Assembly (NCBI GenBank): GCA_000004985.1
Contig: GG738854.1
Source of the DNA: Naegleria gruberi
Lineage: Eukaryota
Direction: 5' to 3' (one strand)
DNA length: 64,000 nt
Shown here: piece by piece, positions 55,658-64,000 of the stretch
Position numbering within the stretch: the first letter of the stretch is position 1
Layout of the letters: the number at the start of each line of letters is the position of its first letter
The notes under the pieces: generated by a model
What the model saw: only the letters and a program-made list of their open reading frames with translations
What the model was told of the DNA's origin: nothing
Databases searched by the model: none
Made by a program: the position numbers and the translations under genes

Positions 55658-56316
55658 AAAACATCATGAGCTATATAATCTATTTTAGTTTTAATCGGTT
55701 TTATCATATTTAATGATTGATTTTCATTATTATTCATCATCATCATTTCAAGAACAATTTGAAACACATTTTAATCAATTATGTTGAATTTCCAATAAGA
55801 AGAATTTTCTTATCATGTAAAGATTCAATTCTTGTTAGTGAGGCATTGAATGAAAATACTATTAGATATTAATAATAACAACACAACAACAATATATCCT
55901 CATGATAATAAAACACTTTGTACAGTTTTTTTAATAAATGATAGAATAGTATGATGACAGTGTCAGTTTATTATTTCAAAATGATTAAACATCTCACTTC
56001 AGAGCTACAAAACAGGAAGTAAAACTTCTAATTATCAAAAAAACATCATAATGGCTACAAGTTCTTTGCTTAGAGCATAAAGAACATCTTTTAACCAATT
56101 TCCAATTATCTCTCTTATCAAGATATAGTGAATGCTTGAGGATTTTGAAGCAATTTCAGTTGTGTACTCAACTTTAGTGCCCACAATTTATTTACATCTA
56201 TCTTGGTATTTCTGTGAAATAAATGTCATTTCACAAATAAATTCTGTATGAAATGTTATTAAACTCCTAGGTAGTTAGGACTTGGGAGTTTTTATTAAAC
56301 AAAAAGTAAAAAAAAA

Positions 56317-58250
56317 ATGTCATTACATCATCATCATGAACAACAACAACAATATGTAATGACAATAACAAGAAGGAGGAAGAAGAATACTCTCAATTTA
56401 TTTAACATATTATTACTATTATTTATTATTACTACTAATAGTATTATTAATGTTCATTCACAATCAACAACACAATCATCATCATTAAAAATTCCAACAT
56501 TTTATTCATGTCCATTATATTCATTATCTATTAATAATACTATTTATAAATCATTTAATTATTTACATCCAAATTTTAAATTAAATTATAATCTCACTGC
56601 TGAATGTACTTTATTTAATTTACCTTTAAATAATTTAAATAATTCTAATATTAATTTAAATAGTGATAATTTAAATAATTTTAATAATTTTAATGATAAT
56701 AATATAAATGATAATAATAATAATTTAAATAATGATAATAATATAAATGATAATAATATAAATATTCTAGTTAAAAGAATTAAAACACAATCTAATAATA
56801 TATTAAAAAATAATACAGTATTATGGATAATACCAGGTATATCACCAACATTTTCTATTAATTTTAAAAATATTTATAATGAAACCTATTTTTTAGATTC
56901 ACAATCACCATCAACATCTTCATTAATATATTATGAACCATTAATAGATAGATTATTAAATTTAATAAATGAAAATTCATTACCAATTGAATATATATAT
57001 ATATTAAATCATAGAGGAAATGGAAATTCAAGATTAGGATGTGAAAATATTCAATCTGAAAGTAAAGGTTCAATTACATCAAGTATTATTGATATTAATT
57101 ATGAATTAAAATATTGTAAATTTAAAAATAATTTTAATTCTATTAATGCTGCTATTGATTTAATTAATATTTTAAATATTTTAAATAATAATAATTATAT
57201 ATATGGTAATTCATATGGTACTTTATGGATAAATAAAATGTTAAAATATATTGAAATTAATAATTTAAATAATTTAAATATAAAAGGTATTATTTTAGAT
57301 GGAATAATGTCAAATAATTTTACATTTGATAAAACTATTAAAATTCAATCAAATATAATTAAAAAATATTTAAATTATTGTAATAATTCAACTTTATGTT
57401 ATAATAAATTAAATAATTATTTAATAAATAATGAAAATATATTAAATAATTTAGATAATATTATTAAATCTATTTATAGAGATGGTGATAAATGTCCAAA
57501 TATAGTAAAAATAATAGATAATGAAGAATATTTTAGACAATTATTAACAAGATTATTAAATAATCAATATGAAAGAGTATTTATACCTGCAATATTATAT
57601 AGATTAAATAGATGTGATTATGATTTAGATTTACCTACTTTGGAAAGAATATTTAAATTTTTATTAAATAGAAGAAATGAAAATTTAAATAATTTTATTA
57701 ATTATCCAATTTCACAATCTCCTATTTTGGGTTATCAAATTATTTATAATGAATTATGGAATCATTCAATTACTGAAAATGATTTATTACAACAATATAA
57801 TCAATCTATTTTATCTACAAATGATCCAATTAATTATTTTAATGCTTTTAAAAATTTAAATAATAATTTAAATAATAATAATTGGAATTTTAATAATTTT
57901 AATAATAATTTTAATAATAATTTTAATAATTTAAATAATTTTAATAATAATGATAATAATATTAAAACAAACATTCCAATTTTAATTTTAAATGGAGAAT
58001 TAGATTCAATTACACCAATTGAAAATGCTATTGAATTATATAATTCCTTAAAAGGAAATTCTATTAAATTAATTAAAATACCATATGCAACACATTTTAG
58101 TTTAATTAATACACCAATTATAAATTCAACAATGGATTGTGGATTAGAATTATTTAATAATTTTATATTAAATAATGGTAATTTAACAAATATGGAATGT
58201 TTAGATAAATTAAGTTTTAATTTTACAGGATCAGATTATATTAATTTAGA
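56317..58250 (+). CDS. Secreted or membrane alpha/beta-hydrolase-fold serine hydrolase (TAP/prolyl-aminopeptidase-like) with extreme Asn/Ile/Leu low complexity. 3' partial, because it runs into the gap.
   Basis: ATG is at 56317. An N-terminal hydrophobic segment is LNLFNILLLLFIITTNSIINVHS. The nucleophile elbow is GNSYG (IYGNSYGTLW). The acid and His region is LILNGELDSITPIENA and YATHFSLINTP. Long N-rich tracts include NNFNNNFNNNFNNLNN. The ORF is truncated by Ns at 58251. Confidence 0.5.
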
Positions 58251-58300
58251 NNNNNNNNNNNNNNNNNNNNNNNNNNNNNNNNNNNNNNNNNNNNNNNNNN
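58251..58300. other. Assembly gap (50 N).
   Basis: A run of n characters. Confidence 1.
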
Positions 58301-59947
58301 GGCTTTTTGAAAACTTTCAACAGAATCAAATTTGACATTCTTTAGTTCAATATCATCATGGAGTTCTTCACCCATCATTAAGGTGTGTTTTGCTTGCACT
58401 AATTTACTGGAATCCATGAAATGTTTAATATCATTCTCTCTTTGCTTTCTCATTTGAAGCGGCATTTGAATTTCTTTCCATAATAAAGTTTTTTGTAAAG
58501 CTTGTTTATGAATTGTTATTAATTCATTCATTTCATCTTCCATCTTTGAGATTGACTTTCTAATATCATTATTTAAACGAGCATTGCTAATTTGTCGTTC
58601 CTTTGTTTCTAATAAAGATTCGACTTTATCAATGGCAAGTTTAACATTAACTATTCAAGGTGTAAATGAAACTATAAATGTTATTATTTACCTTTTTGTT
58701 GTTCAAACTTGTCCAACTTTTTTAGTTTCTGTTGAAATTCTTTTTGTGTGTCTAATTGAGCACTTTCGACAACTTGTCCACAATCTATTCTAGGGAAGAA
58801 GGATAAATTACAGCACGCAGGGGGAGAGGGGGTCTTGGCCAAATTATTAAAATAAAAATTAAAAAATTAAAAAATAATAAATAAAATAGAATGATTTCAT
58901 TTGCAAAAACCGCTACAAGATGACCGTTAAATATTCAACAAAAAAAAAACAACAATTACTCATCATGATTTCATCACCACCCTGCTAAATAACAACCTTC
59001 ATCACGCTACCTTGATACCACCGGAGGAGAAGTTCTTTTGCTTCCTTCCACATCATAGCCAACATTCAACATCTGTCATTTACTTGAAGTTGTTGGTACA
59101 TTGAAGTGAGGGTTCAGAACGAACACCAATCACACTTGGCCATTGTTCAGAACCCAGAAAGTGCTTGTTGCTCGAAGAACAAGTGGTAATTGATACTTTG
59201 AACGCCCTGTTTTTCTCTTGGTCTAATAAAGACTTGTATTGTTAATAAACTTCTATCTATAACAAATCATGAAAAAAAATCATACAACACCCTCAGTTGG
59301 TAGGAGGGGGTTCCAGACGGCCAAAAAGTGTAATTTATCCTTCTTCCCCTAATCTGATAAAGTCGACGTAGTAGATCAGCCAAACCTGGTGAAGTTTGCA
59401 TTAAATCTATTGTTTCTATAATGTTAGAATCTATGTCTGCCATGTTATTTCTTTTTTTTAATTGTTTTGGTTCACTTGAGTTTGCTTTCGAATACAAATA
59501 CTGATCTGGCCGAGTAAAAAAAAAATTGCTCCAAAGCAAAAACCTTAAAAATAGATGGTTGTCATCAACTCGAATCTTAACAACAAATTCTTATTTGCCA
59601 GCCAACTTTCTTACCTACTAAGAGTATTAAAACCAATGTTTTTGAGTTTGGGTATAAAATATTGGAAGAACCTATGGACAACTGCCAATTCTATTTCATG
59701 TTATTGTGTTAGAGGAGAGTTTTACAAATATGGTTAGATTGAAATATCCTCAAGTAACATAATTTGTGACTGTAACCTTGGATAATAAGATTCTTTTGAT
59801 AGTGGTAACCAGATCTAAAAATCTCAGAGGAAAAACAACTGAAATAAAAAATCCAACAACATGACATGGCCAACAACACAACAACAAACATGGAAACAAC
59901 AAGGCTACATTGCATGTTGTATCATTCTTGTGTTATTGTGTTCAACC
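58301..59947. repeat. Copy B of the 1647-bp duplicated block (equals 8060-9706), bounded by gaps on both sides.
   Basis: Base-for-base collinear with copy A at an offset of 50241, apart from 4 internal substitutions and 2 edge bases. It includes the 3' part of the SNARE gene, the TIR element (arms 58793-58812 and 59319-59338) and the first 87 nt of the NHL-kinase CDS (ATG 59861). Confidence 0.9.
58302..58789 (-). CDS. Copy B of the Qc-SNARE gene, partial. Exons are 58692..58789 and 58302..58650 (3' end lost in the gap). It lacks the premature stop of copy A.
   Basis: The ORF 58241..58543 reads MEDEMNELITIHKQALQKTLLWKEIQMPLQMRKQREND.. straight through the position where copy A has TAA. Intron 58651..58691 is as in copy A. 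Confidence 0.45.
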
Positions 59948-62900
59948 NNNNNNNNNNNNNNNNNNNNNNNNNNNNNNNNNNNNNNNNNNNNNNNNNNNNN
60001 NNNNNNNNNNNNNNNNNNNNNNNNNNNNNNNNNNNNNNNNNNNNNNNNNNNNNNNNNNNNNNNNNNNNNNNNNNNNNNNNNNNNNNNNNNNNNNNNNNNN
60101 NNNNNNNNNNNNNNNNNNNNNNNNNNNNNNNNNNNNNNNNNNNNNNNNNNNNNNNNNNNNNNNNNNNNNNNNNNNNNNNNNNNNNNNNNNNNNNNNNNNN
60201 NNNNNNNNNNNNNNNNNNNNNNNNNNNNNNNNNNNNNNNNNNNNNNNNNNNNNNNNNNNNNNNNNNNNNNNNNNNNNNNNNNNNNNNNNNNNNNNNNNNN
60301 NNNNNNNNNNNNNNNNNNNNNNNNNNNNNNNNNNNNNNNNNNNNNNNNNNNNNNNNNNNNNNNNNNNNNNNNNNNNNNNNNNNNNNNNNNNNNNNNNNNN
60401 NNNNNNNNNNNNNNNNNNNNNNNNNNNNNNNNNNNNNNNNNNNNNNNNNNNNNNNNNNNNNNNNNNNNNNNNNNNNNNNNNNNNNNNNNNNNNNNNNNNN
60501 NNNNNNNNNNNNNNNNNNNNNNNNNNNNNNNNNNNNNNNNNNNNNNNNNNNNNNNNNNNNNNNNNNNNNNNNNNNNNNNNNNNNNNNNNNNNNNNNNNNN
60601 NNNNNNNNNNNNNNNNNNNNNNNNNNNNNNNNNNNNNNNNNNNNNNNNNNNNNNNNNNNNNNNNNNNNNNNNNNNNNNNNNNNNNNNNNNNNNNNNNNNN
60701 NNNNNNNNNNNNNNNNNNNNNNNNNNNNNNNNNNNNNNNNNNNNNNNNNNNNNNNNNNNNNNNNNNNNNNNNNNNNNNNNNNNNNNNNNNNNNNNNNNNN
60801 NNNNNNNNNNNNNNNNNNNNNNNNNNNNNNNNNNNNNNNNNNNNNNNNNNNNNNNNNNNNNNNNNNNNNNNNNNNNNNNNNNNNNNNNNNNNNNNNNNNN
60901 NNNNNNNNNNNNNNNNNNNNNNNNNNNNNNNNNNNNNNNNNNNNNNNNNNNNNNNNNNNNNNNNNNNNNNNNNNNNNNNNNNNNNNNNNNNNNNNNNNNN
61001 NNNNNNNNNNNNNNNNNNNNNNNNNNNNNNNNNNNNNNNNNNNNNNNNNNNNNNNNNNNNNNNNNNNNNNNNNNNNNNNNNNNNNNNNNNNNNNNNNNNN
61101 NNNNNNNNNNNNNNNNNNNNNNNNNNNNNNNNNNNNNNNNNNNNNNNNNNNNNNNNNNNNNNNNNNNNNNNNNNNNNNNNNNNNNNNNNNNNNNNNNNNN
61201 NNNNNNNNNNNNNNNNNNNNNNNNNNNNNNNNNNNNNNNNNNNNNNNNNNNNNNNNNNNNNNNNNNNNNNNNNNNNNNNNNNNNNNNNNNNNNNNNNNNN
61301 NNNNNNNNNNNNNNNNNNNNNNNNNNNNNNNNNNNNNNNNNNNNNNNNNNNNNNNNNNNNNNNNNNNNNNNNNNNNNNNNNNNNNNNNNNNNNNNNNNNN
61401 NNNNNNNNNNNNNNNNNNNNNNNNNNNNNNNNNNNNNNNNNNNNNNNNNNNNNNNNNNNNNNNNNNNNNNNNNNNNNNNNNNNNNNNNNNNNNNNNNNNN
61501 NNNNNNNNNNNNNNNNNNNNNNNNNNNNNNNNNNNNNNNNNNNNNNNNNNNNNNNNNNNNNNNNNNNNNNNNNNNNNNNNNNNNNNNNNNNNNNNNNNNN
61601 NNNNNNNNNNNNNNNNNNNNNNNNNNNNNNNNNNNNNNNNNNNNNNNNNNNNNNNNNNNNNNNNNNNNNNNNNNNNNNNNNNNNNNNNNNNNNNNNNNNN
61701 NNNNNNNNNNNNNNNNNNNNNNNNNNNNNNNNNNNNNNNNNNNNNNNNNNNNNNNNNNNNNNNNNNNNNNNNNNNNNNNNNNNNNNNNNNNNNNNNNNNN
61801 NNNNNNNNNNNNNNNNNNNNNNNNNNNNNNNNNNNNNNNNNNNNNNNNNNNNNNNNNNNNNNNNNNNNNNNNNNNNNNNNNNNNNNNNNNNNNNNNNNNN
61901 NNNNNNNNNNNNNNNNNNNNNNNNNNNNNNNNNNNNNNNNNNNNNNNNNNNNNNNNNNNNNNNNNNNNNNNNNNNNNNNNNNNNNNNNNNNNNNNNNNNN
62001 NNNNNNNNNNNNNNNNNNNNNNNNNNNNNNNNNNNNNNNNNNNNNNNNNNNNNNNNNNNNNNNNNNNNNNNNNNNNNNNNNNNNNNNNNNNNNNNNNNNN
62101 NNNNNNNNNNNNNNNNNNNNNNNNNNNNNNNNNNNNNNNNNNNNNNNNNNNNNNNNNNNNNNNNNNNNNNNNNNNNNNNNNNNNNNNNNNNNNNNNNNNN
62201 NNNNNNNNNNNNNNNNNNNNNNNNNNNNNNNNNNNNNNNNNNNNNNNNNNNNNNNNNNNNNNNNNNNNNNNNNNNNNNNNNNNNNNNNNNNNNNNNNNNN
62301 NNNNNNNNNNNNNNNNNNNNNNNNNNNNNNNNNNNNNNNNNNNNNNNNNNNNNNNNNNNNNNNNNNNNNNNNNNNNNNNNNNNNNNNNNNNNNNNNNNNN
62401 NNNNNNNNNNNNNNNNNNNNNNNNNNNNNNNNNNNNNNNNNNNNNNNNNNNNNNNNNNNNNNNNNNNNNNNNNNNNNNNNNNNNNNNNNNNNNNNNNNNN
62501 NNNNNNNNNNNNNNNNNNNNNNNNNNNNNNNNNNNNNNNNNNNNNNNNNNNNNNNNNNNNNNNNNNNNNNNNNNNNNNNNNNNNNNNNNNNNNNNNNNNN
62601 NNNNNNNNNNNNNNNNNNNNNNNNNNNNNNNNNNNNNNNNNNNNNNNNNNNNNNNNNNNNNNNNNNNNNNNNNNNNNNNNNNNNNNNNNNNNNNNNNNNN
62701 NNNNNNNNNNNNNNNNNNNNNNNNNNNNNNNNNNNNNNNNNNNNNNNNNNNNNNNNNNNNNNNNNNNNNNNNNNNNNNNNNNNNNNNNNNNNNNNNNNNN
62801 NNNNNNNNNNNNNNNNNNNNNNNNNNNNNNNNNNNNNNNNNNNNNNNNNNNNNNNNNNNNNNNNNNNNNNNNNNNNNNNNNNNNNNNNNNNNNNNNNNNN

Positions 62901-64000
62901 NNNNNNNNNNNNNNNNNNNNNNNNNNNNNNNNNNNNNNNNNNNNNNNNNNNNNNNNNNNNNNNNNNNNNNNNNNNNNNNNNNNNNNNNNNNNNNNNNNNN
63001 NNNNNNNNNNNNNNNNNNNNNNNNNNNNNNNNNNNNNNNNNNNNNNNNNNNNNNNNNNNNNNNNNNNNNNNNNNNNNNNNNNNNNNNNNNNNNNNNNNNN
63101 NNNNNNNNNNNNNNNNNNNNNNNNNNNNNNNNNNNNNNNNNNNNNNNNNNNNNNNNNNNNNNNNNNNNNNNNNNNNNNNNNNNNNNNNNNNNNNNNNNNN
63201 NNNNNNNNNNNNNNNNNNNNNNNNNNNNNNNNNNNNNNNNNNNNNNNNNNNNNNNNNNNNNNNNNNNNNNNNNNNNNNNNNNNNNNNNNNNNNNNNNNNN
63301 NNNNNNNNNNNNNNNNNNNNNNNNNNNNNNNNNNNNNNNNNNNNNNNNNNNNNNNNNNNNNNNNNNNNNNNNNNNNNNNNNNNNNNNNNNNNNNNNNNNN
63401 NNNNNNNNNNNNNNNNNNNNNNNNNNNNNNNNNNNNNNNNNNNNNNNNNNNNNNNNNNNNNNNNNNNNNNNNNNNNNNNNNNNNNNNNNNNNNNNNNNNN
63501 NNNNNNNNNNNNNNNNNNNNNNNNNNNNNNNNNNNNNNNNNNNNNNNNNNNNNNNNNNNNNNNNNNNNNNNNNNNNNNNNNNNNNNNNNNNNNNNNNNNN
63601 NNNNNNNNNNNNNNNNNNNNNNNNNNNNNNNNNNNNNNNNNNNNNNNNNNNNNNNNNNNNNNNNNNNNNNNNNNNNNNNNNNNNNNNNNNNNNNNNNNNN
63701 NNNNNNNNNNNNNNNNNNNNNNNNNNNNNNNNNNNNNNNNNNNNNNNNNNNNNNNNNNNNNNNNNNNNNNNNNNNNNNNNNNNNNNNNNNNNNNNNNNNN
63801 NNNNNNNNNNNNNNNNNNNNNNNNNNNNNNNNNNNNNNNNNNNNNNNNNNNNNNNNNNNNNNNNNNNNNNNNNNNNNNNNNNNNNNNNNNNNNNNNNNNN
63901 NNNNNNNNNNNNNNNNNNNNNNNNNNNNNNNNNNNNNNNNNNNNNNNNNNNNNNNNNNNNNNNNNNNNNNNNNNNNNNNNNNNNNNNNNNNNNNNNNNNN
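59948..64000. other. Assembly gap (N run to the window end).
   Basis: A run of n characters. Confidence 1.

Noticed and set aside
1-64000. Reading the window as a prokaryotic accessory or defence locus.
   Set aside because: Canonical GT..AG introns with GTAAGT/GTATGT donors interrupt conserved domains. There are no Shine-Dalgarno sites or operon structure. The sequence is 70-85% AT with poly-Gln/Asn coding repeats. The gene content is eukaryotic: cullins, DOCK, ankyrin, Rh/Amt and an F-box.
1-64000. tRNA genes and CRISPR-like arrays.
   Set aside because: I scanned by eye for the tRNA T-loop GGTTCGAATCC/GGTTCGATTCC with an upstream D-loop, and for regularly spaced repeats. No convincing candidate was found.

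Overview
This is a eukaryotic nuclear sequence, not prokaryotic. It is about 70-75% AT, has short GT..AG introns of 40-210 nt with GTAAGT/GTATGT donors, and encodes proteins rich in poly-Q/N. All of this points to a dictyostelid social amoeba (Dictyostelium-like) draft scaffold. Positions 58251-58300 and 59948-64000 are N gaps. I identify about 25 protein-coding genes on both strands, several of them multi-exon and assembled by hand from the ORF track. The kinases and membrane transporters are: two receptor-like kinases; a ZIP metal transporter; an Rh-type and an Amt-type ammonium transporter. The ubiquitin-ligase and signalling components are: two tandem cullins; three F-box proteins; a double-BTB (KCTD-like) protein; an Arf-like GTPase; a Zn2Cys6 transcription factor; an ankyrin mini-gene missed by the ORF track; a queuosine-salvage (DUF2419) protein; a 2400-aa DOCK-family GEF; and an Asn-rich alpha/beta hydrolase. 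Four things deserve attention. First, a single reading frame (3389-6394) fuses a P4H-type 2OG-Fe(II) oxygenase domain, an F-box and an actin-related (Arp) ATPase fold; I do not recognise this architecture. Second, a 546-bp element with perfect 20-bp terminal inverted repeats and a 3-bp CTA duplication sits inside the coding exon of a Qc-SNARE gene; removing it restores one continuous ORF. Third, a solitary 5S rRNA gene lies between protein-coding genes. Fourth, a 1.65-kb block (8060-9706) is repeated at 58301-59947 between gaps; the two copies differ by four substitutions, one of which puts a TAA stop into the SNARE ORF of the first copy. All functional calls come from recognising motifs by eye. 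No database search was possible.
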